From contig CAZIHN010000001.1 of assembly GCA_964538845.1 (NCBI GenBank), positions 4,048 through 55,161 on the forward strand: a stretch of 51,114 nt of DNA, written 5' to 3'. Position 1 is the stretch's first letter. Each line of letters begins with the position of its first letter. Positions 9,362 to 17,699 of the stretch are shown here, one piece after another. Position numbers and translations under genes: made by a program. This DNA is from an uncultured Nitrosopumilaceae archaeon. GTDB taxonomy: Archaea > Thermoproteota > Nitrososphaeria > Nitrososphaerales > Nitrosopumilaceae. Below the pieces are notes generated by a model. That model was not told the origin of the DNA, ran no database searches, and was given only the letters and a program-made list of their open reading frames with translations.

Positions 9362-10525
9362 TTAATTTGTGACAGAAATTTTGAGGAAATCAAATGTCTT
9401 ACACTTGCAAGTGTTTTCCAGCAAAACACTTATGTTTGGCTCAATATTTGAACCACTTACAAATCTCTTGAGTGGGATTCCTCCATCCAACTTTAAAAGG
9501 ATTGTAAAAGCTTTAGTATCAATTTTTTTTATTTTTACATCATAGATTTTTTTTTGACTTTTCCATTCTAAATTCTCGTTCACAGAAACATGGGCATCTT
9601 TAAGGCATCCTAATACTTTTAATGCTTCAGGTCCTACTTCTCGTTCTGTCTCCACATCTAACAAGACCTCGGTTCTAAACTTTATAATTTCAGTAGGAAT
9701 TTTTGGTATAATTCTAAGATCCAAAATTGAGACTCCACCAAGAGAGATCTTTTTTGATAAAGAAATATTTCGTTTATGTGGATTGGTTAATTTGATAAAG
9801 AATGGCCTACCTCTCCCCAATACTAGACTAGATTCATCCTCGCTTCCTATCCAGGTAATTTTTGCTTGCTGAGCACCAAATTTTTCAAAAAGGAATTGTG
9901 CCATCTTTCCTTCAACACTATTAAATTCTGAGATTCCATGAAAATCGCAAGAATAACATCCTTTTCCAGTGCACAGGTCACAGCATTTTTGTTTTTGAGG
10001 AATACCTCGTATTGTTTTAGTGTATCGACCTTGAAGAACCAATGCCTTTGGTTTTATCTCAATGTTTTCTTTCTTAAAATCAATTGTAAAAACTAAATCA
10101 GGATTATTATAATCAACCTTTGTGCCCGTCCTTCTTCCAAATCTCTTTCCAATCTCCCGAGTTATATCGCTCTTTATACTAGCAATGCCTCGGAGTTTTA
10201 ACTTTGATCGAATTAAATCATCTCTATCCAAAATCGAGGGTTGAAGAATTGAACCTACAAGAAATGTGGAGAATTCATAATCTTTTGAAATAGCAAATAT
10301 TTTTTTCAAGAAAAAATCCATTTGTTCCATCAAAGTCTTACAAATGAAACATGATTTGGGCGTACTTTGGTTCATTATTTTTCTAATTTTCGCTCCAAGA
10401 TTCTTATGAGAAATTAGATGCAATCGAGAAGCAAACATTCGCCCCAAGCAATAGTCACATAGATTGTATTCCCTTAAAATTTCTATACTATCTTCAATTA
10501 CAGCAGTAATCCTATTTTTCTTCAA
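9362..10525 (-). CDS. pus10: tRNA pseudouridine(54/55) synthase Pus10 family, divergent
   Basis: N-terminal LCDYCLGR...CFIC Zn/THUMP region, FSTFLVG, GRYTKTIRGIPQ, LGRGRPF. Confidence 0.85.
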   Translation of the reverse strand: MKKNRITAVIEDSIEILREYNLCDYCLGRMFASRLHLISHKNLGAKIRKIMNQSTPKSCFICKTLMEQMDFFLKKIFAISKDYEFSTFLVGSILQPSILDRDDLIRSKLKLRGIASIKSDITREIGKRFGRRTGTKVDYNNPDLVFTIDFKKENIEIKPKALVLQGRYTKTIRGIPQKQKCCDLCTGKGCYSCDFHGISEFNSVEGKMAQFLFEKFGAQQAKITWIGSEDESSLVLGRGRPFFIKLTNPHKRNISLSKKISLGGVSILDLRIIPKIPTEIIKFRTEVLLDVETEREVGPEALKVLGCLKDAHVSVNENLEWKSQKKIYDVKIKKIDTKAFTILLKLDGGIPLKRFVSGSNIEPNISVLLENTCKCKTFDFLKISVTN

Positions 10526-10571
10526 TCAATAATTCATAAATAATAGGATGTTTTATGCGTAATCTTTGATC

Positions 10572-11249
10572 TCACCAAGGATACAATCGTCTACAAGTAT
10601 CTTTTTCCTCTACAGTGATTGCTTTTGTGGGACAGGTCTGTGCTGCGTCCAGTATTTTTTCCGATTTTGCACCCTGTTCGTTTATAACCCTTGATTTAGG
10701 ATTTACCCTAACATTTTTTTCCACATGGAATACGGATGGAGCAATAGTCTCACAACTACAACATGCAATACATCTACCAGGATCGACATTTACTGAAACA
10801 GGTACATCTTTTTCTACCTGCACTGGATCGTTTTCAACATTTCCTTCGGATTTTATCCTTTCATATGATTCCCAAAAAAAATTTTCATAAAATGCCCAAA
10901 AGTCCTGATATTCGCTTTCAGCATATTTTGTATATTTCTCCCAATTGTTATTTGATGTTTTATCTGATTCTTTTGCTCCCCAGGAGTATTTTCTTGAACT
11001 GAAGTTAGAACTTCTTTTAGCATCATTCTGGCTATTTGATTTATGAGATTTCGTTCCAATCGTCTTCTTGTATTCAGTCCTCAAAGTCTGGTAGGCCTCA
11101 GTCACTAGTTTGAATTCTTTACCGTCAATATTTGAGGTATTCTTGTCTGGATGAGATTTTAAGGCAAGTCGCCTGTAAGCAGATTTCACTTCTTTAATAG
11201 ATGCCCCGTCTTGAAGACCCAATACCTTGTAGCACTGATAAGTATTCAA
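10572..11249 (-). CDS. DnaJ-ferredoxin fusion (J domain plus Fe-S ferredoxin domain)
   Basis: J domain with HPD motif; C-terminal CIACCSC...AP..F...CP ferredoxin motif. Confidence 0.92.
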   Translation of the reverse strand: MNTYQCYKVLGLQDGASIKEVKSAYRRLALKSHPDKNTSNIDGKEFKLVTEAYQTLRTEYKKTIGTKSHKSNSQNDAKRSSNFSSRKYSWGAKESDKTSNNNWEKYTKYAESEYQDFWAFYENFFWESYERIKSEGNVENDPVQVEKDVPVSVNVDPGRCIACCSCETIAPSVFHVEKNVRVNPKSRVINEQGAKSEKILDAAQTCPTKAITVEEKDTCRRLYPW

Positions 11250-11305
11250 TAATATCTCACCGTTGAACTATCTTAAAAATTTTGGACATTAAGATTAATT
11301 TTCTA

Positions 11306-12631
11306 TTAGCCAAGACCCATTTTTCTCAACATTCCCTGCATTTGCCTTCCTTTTGAGGCCTTCATCATGGTTTTTGAATTCTTGTATGCCTTTAAAAGCT
11401 CCTTTACCTCATGTTCCGGCAGGCCGGATCCTCTTGCTATTCTCTTGACCCTAGAAGCATTTATCAAATCAGGATCAGATTTCTCGTCTTTATTCATGGA
11501 CTGGATAATATATCGCCATTTTTCCATTCGATCTTGTTGTTGTTCTAGCTGGTCTTCTTTTACCATTCCAGAAAAGCCTGGCATGTTTTCAATGATACTT
11601 CGCAGTCCTCCTGCCCTAGTTGCTTCCTCTATCTGAAAGTAGAAATCTTCCATGTTCATCTTTCCATGTGTTATTCGCTTTAGTCTGTCTTCATTACCTT
11701 CAGTCTCGAGTCTTTTTGCCATATCAAGCAAAGCTTGAATGTCTCCCATTCCAAGCAACCTCCCAACAAATCTTGTAGGAGAAAACTTTTCAAGATCGTC
11801 AATTCTTTCTCCCGTGCCAATGTACATGATTCGTGCACCTGTTGCAGCAGCAGCTGCAAGAGCCCCACCACCTTTGGCACTGCTATCTAATTTAGTAATT
11901 ATAATTCCACCAACTGGAACTGTCTTGTGAAATGCCTCGGCTTGATTGTAGCATTGTTGCCCGATGGTTCCATCAATTACTAATAGAGCAAGATCAGGAT
12001 TAGCTACTTTGCTGATACGTACCATTTCATCCAATAGATCTTTCTCTTCCTTATGTCTACCAGCAGTATCAACTAACACAACATCAAAATTTAATCCATC
12101 AAAGTGCTTCAAGCCATTTCGAACGATTTCAGGCGAATCGTTTTTACCTTCTTCTCCATACACTTCCACGTTTGTCTTTTCGCACATTGTCTTGAGTTGA
12201 GTAAGTGCTCCAGGCCTATACGTATCAGCACCAATAACTGCAACTCTGTAACCTTGTCTTGTCATGAGTTTTGCAAGTTTTGCGGTAACTGTAGTCTTGC
12301 CACTGCCTTGAATTCCAAGCATCAATACTCTATTCATCCTCCCTGGCTGGAATGAGAACTGATCTTCTGTTCCAAGAAGCCTTGAAAGCTCATCATAGAG
12401 AATTTTTACAATATGATCCTTCCTAGAAAGTCCTGGAGGAGGGGTCTCATTAAGAGATCTTTCTTCCAAATTCTTTGTGATTTCAAAAACAAGTTTTACA
12501 TTAACATCAGATTGTAATAGTGATCTTTGGATATCTTTTGAAAGTTCCTTGATAAGGGCCTCGTCTATCCCCGAAGAGTTTACAATTTTTTTTAAGGCTG
12601 ACCTCAGGCCATTTTTTAGACCGTCTAGCAC
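11306..12631 (-). CDS. srp54: Signal recognition particle protein SRP54
   Basis: GIQGSGKTT, DTYRPGA, DTAGRH, TKLD, and M-domain SRVKRIARGSG. Confidence 0.97.
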   Translation of the reverse strand: MLDGLKNGLRSALKKIVNSSGIDEALIKELSKDIQRSLLQSDVNVKLVFEITKNLEERSLNETPPPGLSRKDHIVKILYDELSRLLGTEDQFSFQPGRMNRVLMLGIQGSGKTTVTAKLAKLMTRQGYRVAVIGADTYRPGALTQLKTMCEKTNVEVYGEEGKNDSPEIVRNGLKHFDGLNFDVVLVDTAGRHKEEKDLLDEMVRISKVANPDLALLVIDGTIGQQCYNQAEAFHKTVPVGGIIITKLDSSAKGGGALAAAAATGARIMYIGTGERIDDLEKFSPTRFVGRLLGMGDIQALLDMAKRLETEGNEDRLKRITHGKMNMEDFYFQIEEATRAGGLRSIIENMPGFSGMVKEDQLEQQQDRMEKWRYIIQSMNKDEKSDPDLINASRVKRIARGSGLPEHEVKELLKAYKNSKTMMKASKGRQMQGMLRKMGLG

Positions 12632-12638
12632 TATTGAT

Positions 12639-13313
12639 CTAGATAGCTTCGGTTATTTCAAATCTTCCTCTATAGCCATCCCAAATTTTATTTGCTCGAA
12701 TTATTTTAATCGGTGAAGAAAATAGTGGACAGTCAGTGACAAAGGTTTCTGCCTCTCCTCCCTCAAAAGATAAGTTAAAACCGTATTCTTTTGACAGAGC
12801 ATCTAATTCTTCAACGTCTTTCATTGTTATTTCTCTCCCTAACCATGTCTCATCAAAACCAGAAGAGGATACGCTTGTAATAATAAATCTAAATTTACAA
12901 TCCAACAATTCTTGCATGTAGGTTTTTTGATCAACATGCCATAAAGGTGAAAATACTTTAAGATTTAGATTATCGGCAACTTTTTGAAAGGAATTTCTCT
13001 GATAATCACTAAATAATCCCCCATGAAGGATTCCATCTATACCAAAATCATTCTTGCAGAGCTTTAACATGTTCATTAATTGTTCAGTTTCTGCATTTTT
13101 ATCATAACTAGTAGCCTCAGAAAGAATCTGAGGAATTTTCATCGCCTTTGCTTGTAAAGCAGTATATTTCATGTTAGGATAATGTAATAGAAAGCTTTCG
13201 TCAGAAACTGGCAATAAAGAGACAAGACATTTAATATGATGCCCATCGATTCTTGCTTTGTATATTGCAAATGTACTATCCTTTCCACCTGAAAAAAGGG
13301 ATGCTAACTTCAA
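12639..13313 (-). CDS. dph6: Diphthine-ammonia ligase (PP-loop ATPase)
   Basis: SGGKDS PP-loop, SDYQ, PLW, FEGGEAETFVTDCPLF. Confidence 0.88.
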   Translation of the reverse strand: MKLASLFSGGKDSTFAIYKARIDGHHIKCLVSLLPVSDESFLLHYPNMKYTALQAKAMKIPQILSEATSYDKNAETEQLMNMLKLCKNDFGIDGILHGGLFSDYQRNSFQKVADNLNLKVFSPLWHVDQKTYMQELLDCKFRFIITSVSSSGFDETWLGREITMKDVEELDALSKEYGFNLSFEGGEAETFVTDCPLFSSPIKIIRANKIWDGYRGRFEITEAI

Positions 13314-13339
13314 CTAGAATTACAGGCATGTTGAGTTAC

Positions 13340-13453
13340 TTAATTTTTTTCAAGTTCGCTTATACGCTTTAAGCATTGAACACATAGTGAAAGACTGTCT
13401 TTTGAAATAATTTCGATATCAGATGCCAAGCAAACATGACAAAATCCTTTCAT
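13340..13453 (-). CDS. 37-aa C4 zinc-finger microprotein
   Basis: Not in the track. MKGFCHVCLASDIEIISKDSLSLCVQCLKRISELEKN has two CxxC motifs and is co-directional with its neighbours. Confidence 0.65.
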   Translation of the reverse strand: MKGFCHVCLASDIEIISKDSLSLCVQCLKRISELEKN

Positions 13454-13504
13454 ATATTTTCTATATATAGTGGACAGTATAACTTGTTCTAAGATTAGAA
13501 AAGC

Positions 13505-13574
13505 CTGGATGCCTCAAAACTCATAATTTTCATCACGATATCATTTGGCTTTTCTCTTCATCATCAGCATCCAA
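13505..13574 (-). ncRNA. Box C/D methylation-guide sRNA
   Basis: Minus strand reads TTGGATGC-TG-[C ATGATGA]-AGAGAAAAGCCAA-[D' ATGA]-TATC-[C' GTGATGA]-AAATTATGAGTT-[D TTGA]-G-GCATCCAG: terminal stem, four boxes, 13- and 12-nt guides. Confidence 0.82.
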
Positions 13575-13575
13575 A

Positions 13576-13983
13576 CTAACTTTTGATTCTTACTATAATA
13601 GTTCTATCCATTACTTTCCAGTACTCAACATCTTGACCTTGTGCGACTTTATCCTTTACTTCATCTTCAATTTGGTTGACGTCGAATACCTCAAATGACT
13701 CAGAATCCATAACTTGGACACCGACGTCAGTTTTTGAAATTATGGAACCCACTCTCTTGTCTATTAATGGGACTTGAACCTGAGCACTTACTGGTGAGAC
13801 ATGAGGATACTTTTTTTTATCAAATATTCCAACTGCCACTATTCTTGCTTTTGCTGCTCCATGTTTACCTGGCTTGCTTGTGTCGAATTCCACTATTCTA
13901 CATGGTTCTGAGTTTGGACTGTCCACAGGAAGGAGTATGTATGAACCGATTTTTAGTGAACCAAGCTCAGATGGTTTACTCAT
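13576..13983 (-). CDS. eif5a: Translation factor aIF5A
   Basis: Hypusination motif SKPGKHGAAKA; PCRIVE. Confidence 0.96.
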   Translation of the reverse strand: MSKPSELGSLKIGSYILLPVDSPNSEPCRIVEFDTSKPGKHGAAKARIVAVGIFDKKKYPHVSPVSAQVQVPLIDKRVGSIISKTDVGVQVMDSESFEVFDVNQIEDEVKDKVAQGQDVEYWKVMDRTIIVRIKS

Positions 13984-14059
13984 AACCAGAACAGAATTTA
14001 GTAGAGTATATAACTTTTTTACTGTTGTTCATACAATCTAGATTATCCCTCAGAGCAAC

Positions 14060-14671
14060 TTATTTTATTTTTTCTATTACAGATAGATTAAGAAGTGTAG
14101 TCATTCTAATGCCTTTTCTTTGTATCTCTTTTCTTGTCTTCTCGCAATACTTATTGGCAGATTGGTGGCTGTTGTCACTTGAGACTTCCAAAACTACCAG
14201 TTTGTCCCCATATGGAAAAGTGAATTTTGGATTTTGTGTGGTAGATAACCTAAGATTACCCATCTCTGCTCGTCTTACTCTATTTCTCTTTGCAACAATT
14301 AAAGCAAGATCATGCAGATCAGAATCTGAGTTGCAATATTCAAGATAGTAGACGGAAATGAGATTTAGCTTCTCGTCAGATAATCTTTCGAAAAATTCGT
14401 CATTGCGTGTGAAAATGAATGTGGGTTTTTCCTGCTTGAATTTTTCGATTTCTTGTAATGTTTCTGAATCATCTTTAAATCTTGCTAGCAGGTATGTATT
14501 TGTGCGTGATGGAAAATACGCGTTACCATCTTCTGAAAAAGTTGCGGTTACAAAATACATATTATCTACATGGTCGGATGATTCTAAAACTGCTTTTAGT
14601 TTATTAGAAGAATCATTATGCAAGTAAGGTGCACATACATAACCACCTTGTGAATTCATTGACCCTAACAC
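14060..14671 (-). CDS. Hypothetical protein (start may be ATG 14659)
   Basis: 203-codon ORF filling the gap between aIF5A and tRNA-Tyr; no family recognised. Confidence 0.7.
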   Translation of the reverse strand: MLGSMNSQGGYVCAPYLHNDSSNKLKAVLESSDHVDNMYFVTATFSEDGNAYFPSRTNTYLLARFKDDSETLQEIEKFKQEKPTFIFTRNDEFFERLSDEKLNLISVYYLEYCNSDSDLHDLALIVAKRNRVRRAEMGNLRLSTTQNPKFTFPYGDKLVVLEVSSDNSHQSANKYCEKTRKEIQRKGIRMTTLLNLSVIEKIK

Positions 14672-14794
14672 GTTATCGAGATCTATTAGCTACTTATATG
14701 TAATTTGGTTTTCGAAAATTTTGTCTATCACAAATTCAATTCTTCGTATTGTATCGATAGTTATTTAATACGAAAAAAGAGCCTCAGAATTAGT

Positions 14795-14918
14795 CCCACG
14801 CTAGCTCAGCCTGGTAGAGCTTCCGGCTGTAGTGGTTGGCCATCGGCTAACCGTCATTCAGCCTATCAGGCTTACAGAAACCGGGTTGTCGCAGGTTCAA
14901 ATCCTGCGCGTGGGACCA
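14795..14918 (+). tRNA. tRNA-Tyr(GUA) with a 47-nt intron at 37/38 (14833-14879) and encoded CCA
   Basis: Acceptor CCCACGC/GCGTGGG with A73 and CCA; anticodon arm TCCGG-CT-GTA-G|intron|A-CCGGG; T arm GCAGG-TTCAAAT-CCTGC; BHB central helix CTGT/ACAG. Confidence 0.95.
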
Positions 14919-14957
14919 TATCATAAACTTCAAAAACTCATTATTCTAAGTACAGAG

Positions 14958-15461
14958 ATGCCAGATCAAAGCTGGTCAACTCTGGATGAAATTGATCAAA
15001 AAATCATTTCCATACTTGACAAGAATGCAAGAACACCATCAAAAGAAATAGCACGAGATTTAAGAAATTCCGGAGTAAACGTATCTGATCGAACTATTCG
15101 AAAAAGAATTGAAAGACTTGAAAAAAATGGAATCATAAAAGGTTATAGGGCCATTCTTAGCGGGTTGTCTACAACTGATCAATTTGAGGCATTATTCCTA
15201 AAACTAAAAGTTACAAAATCTATTGACTCTATGATAAATTCTGTAAAAAGTTTTGTGAAGACTCTGCCAAGCTACCTTTTTGTTGCAACCACGGAGGGGG
15301 ATTGGCATATGATTATTGTTATGAGATTAGAAGGGACAGAGAAAAGTCTCTCTTCAAGAATAGTAGAAAAATTCTCAGATCAGGTTCTAGATTATAAAAT
15401 TAATGGAATCTATATTAAAGATGTAAACCTCCTCAATATGTCAATGCTACTTCTTACTTGA
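14958..15461 (+). CDS. Lrp/AsnC-family transcriptional regulator
   Basis: LDEIDQKII..L.KNARTP...IA...SDRTIRKRIERLEKNGIIKGY. The track start (14832) lies inside the tRNA, so ATG 14958 was used. Confidence 0.9.
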   Translation: MPDQSWSTLDEIDQKIISILDKNARTPSKEIARDLRNSGVNVSDRTIRKRIERLEKNGIIKGYRAILSGLSTTDQFEALFLKLKVTKSIDSMINSVKSFVKTLPSYLFVATTEGDWHMIIVMRLEGTEKSLSSRIVEKFSDQVLDYKINGIYIKDVNLLNMSMLLLT

Positions 15462-16197
15462 TTTCAGATAATTTTGCGGTTTCTAATGCATTTTTCAATT
15501 CATTCATAGTAAATGGTTTTTGAATAAATGCTGCTGAACCAAGACCAATTATTTTTGTAACTCTAGGTGTGGTTTTCTCTTCTGCCGTTATTAGTATAAC
15601 AGAAAGATCAGGTTTTGATTCAAGAAGGGTTCTTGCAACAGCATCTCCTTTGATACCAGGTAAATCCATATCAAGTAACACAATGGGATTTGAAGGTAAT
15701 TTTATTAGCTTTGAAACCAGTGTGAGAGCTGATTTTCCATCGGTAACCGTCTGTATATCTTCGTATCCTAATTGTTGAAGAAAACCCTTTACCCGCAATA
15801 GAATAGCAGGACTATCATCAACAATAACTATTGGTCTTTTTTCATCAACTATTATAGGAGTATGTTTTTTTGCTGCATCAAGTGCTCTCATTGCTTCTTT
15901 ATATTTACCAGTTCTAAGAAAACATCGAGCGGCACATTGATAAGCATAATTTGACTCTGGGATATCTTTTTTTGCTAGTTTAAGGTAAAATTTTGCCGCT
16001 TCCGAAAGCTCGTCTTTTCCGTCTTTTCCTTGGAGTACCTTACATTCTGAAGCTAAGATGAGGTATAATCCAGCTTTGTAATTCTGATTTTTCATCTCTT
16101 TTTGTGCAAGAGACATCAAAAGGTTATGCGCTGCGGAATTCTGGCCACTCCTTAGATATGTACATGCAAGATCAAATTTTTCTAAATTCTTGTCCAA
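15454..16197 (-). CDS. Response regulator with an N-terminal helical-repeat (TPR-like) domain and a C-terminal receiver domain
   Basis: REC motifs IVIVDD, VLLDMDLPG (phospho-Asp), LITA, QKPF; Ala/Tyr/Cys-rich helical repeats upstream. Confidence 0.85.
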   Translation of the reverse strand: MDKNLEKFDLACTYLRSGQNSAAHNLLMSLAQKEMKNQNYKAGLYLILASECKVLQGKDGKDELSEAAKFYLKLAKKDIPESNYAYQCAARCFLRTGKYKEAMRALDAAKKHTPIIVDEKRPIVIVDDSPAILLRVKGFLQQLGYEDIQTVTDGKSALTLVSKLIKLPSNPIVLLDMDLPGIKGDAVARTLLESKPDLSVILITAEEKTTPRVTKIIGLGSAAFIQKPFTMNELKNALETAKLSEIK

Positions 16198-16320
16198 TCT
16201 TGAATATATGCATAATCATCGTACAATATTTGGTTTTGTGTGATGGGTAAACTTCTTGACTTGAATTGGGAAAAGTGTAGATAATACATGTATTATAAAC
16301 AAAGATAAAATATTGTTTAA

Positions 16321-16977
16321 ATGAGTCAAGTGAAAGACACAGGTATTTCTCAACCTCCCGTGAATATACTATTTAGTCCAATAGAAGTATCAAAGAAAGA
16401 TGTATGGAATATAGATATAATACGAATTCTAGAGATTTTAATTCAAATTCTTAATCAGAAGGATAAGAAGGACCTGAGGGTGGCCGGGATTGCCGCTTTG
16501 TCTTCTGCATTGATACACCGAATGAAGGTGGAAAGTATATTTGCATTGCAAAAGGCTGCTATGGAGAAAAAACCACTCAACCAAAGAGACGATGTAAATA
16601 TAGAAATAATCAATATGCCATACAGGCATGAATCCACCTATCCCGTTACGTTGGATGAACTGTTAACAGTTCTTGAGAATCTCATAGGAACCATTGCCAA
16701 CCCCCGTTCAAGCAAGAGGCAAATTGAATTCGAGCCTGTAGAAGTTCCAAATTTTGATGATTATTTCATATCCCTTGAGAAGATAATTGGTCAATATGAA
16801 GAGCTGATAATGAACAAGATAAGATCAAGAGGTTACGATTCCTTCAAGAATATCGTTTCGGGCCTTGAACTCATAGATGTTATTAGATCTTTTTTCGCAA
16901 TACTCTTTTTAGCACGAGATATGAAAATAGATCTAGAACAAACAGAAGATGATATAGTAGTTTCCCTAATAAAATAG
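16321..16977 (+). CDS. scpA: Segregation/condensation protein ScpA (kleisin)
   Basis: DVWNIDI N-terminal motif, VTLDELL, FFAILFLA C-terminal winged helix; adjacent to scpB. Confidence 0.85.
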   Translation: MSQVKDTGISQPPVNILFSPIEVSKKDVWNIDIIRILEILIQILNQKDKKDLRVAGIAALSSALIHRMKVESIFALQKAAMEKKPLNQRDDVNIEIINMPYRHESTYPVTLDELLTVLENLIGTIANPRSSKRQIEFEPVEVPNFDDYFISLEKIIGQYEELIMNKIRSRGYDSFKNIVSGLELIDVIRSFFAILFLARDMKIDLEQTEDDIVVSLIK

Positions 16978-17045
16978 AATTTCACAACTAAATCAATAGT
17001 CAGTAGGAATTTTGTTTAAGTATGTTACAGCATACCTTGTCTTAG

Positions 17046-17627
17046 ATGGTAAGGGTTGAAGATGATGAAGCGATGGCAAGATTGGAAGCTGCGCTATATT
17101 CTGCAGGTAGACCCTTAACTATGGAGGAATTAATAAAGGCGTCAGGAACAGAATCTAGAACAAAAACTCTGGCGCTTATGACAAATCTTGTAAAGAAAAC
17201 TAAATCGATATTCAAAGCTATAGAGGTGTCTAGCTTACCTGACGGTTCATACGTGTTTCAACTAAAGCCTGAATTCAATACGGTGATCAGAAAGTATGCA
17301 TCAAAACCTCTCTTGCCTACAGCTACACTGAAAACATTATCATATATCGCTTATATGCAACCTGTCTCTTCGAAGAGGCTAGTTGAGGTACGAGGATCTG
17401 GCGTATATTTGCATCTCAAACTTCTCCAACAATTAGATTACATTGAACATCAAAACGTTGGAAGGCTTAAAATCTATACCACTACAGAAAAGTTCCAAAA
17501 GTATTTTGGCATTCAAGGGGACAAGGACCTGCTCAAACAAAAACTGTTTACAAAGGTAAGGAGCTCAAACCAATCACAAGATGTGATGCCACTAACACCA
17601 AACGAACCTATATCCCAAGTCAATTAA
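17046..17627 (+). CDS. scpB: Segregation/condensation protein ScpB
   Basis: LEAALYSAGRPL, TLSYIAYMQPV, VRG, YTTTEKFQKYFG. Confidence 0.93.
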   Translation: MVRVEDDEAMARLEAALYSAGRPLTMEELIKASGTESRTKTLALMTNLVKKTKSIFKAIEVSSLPDGSYVFQLKPEFNTVIRKYASKPLLPTATLKTLSYIAYMQPVSSKRLVEVRGSGVYLHLKLLQQLDYIEHQNVGRLKIYTTTEKFQKYFGIQGDKDLLKQKLFTKVRSSNQSQDVMPLTPNEPISQVN

Positions 17628-17699
17628 TCATTTTATACAACTGCCGCAAATATTGCAAGGATTCAAAATTATTTCTAAAAGAATAATCCAGATGACACT

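Noticed and set aside
14705-14957. Track ORF 14705-14926 and the 5' extension of ORF 14832
   Set aside because: Both run through the tRNA-Tyr gene and are artefacts.
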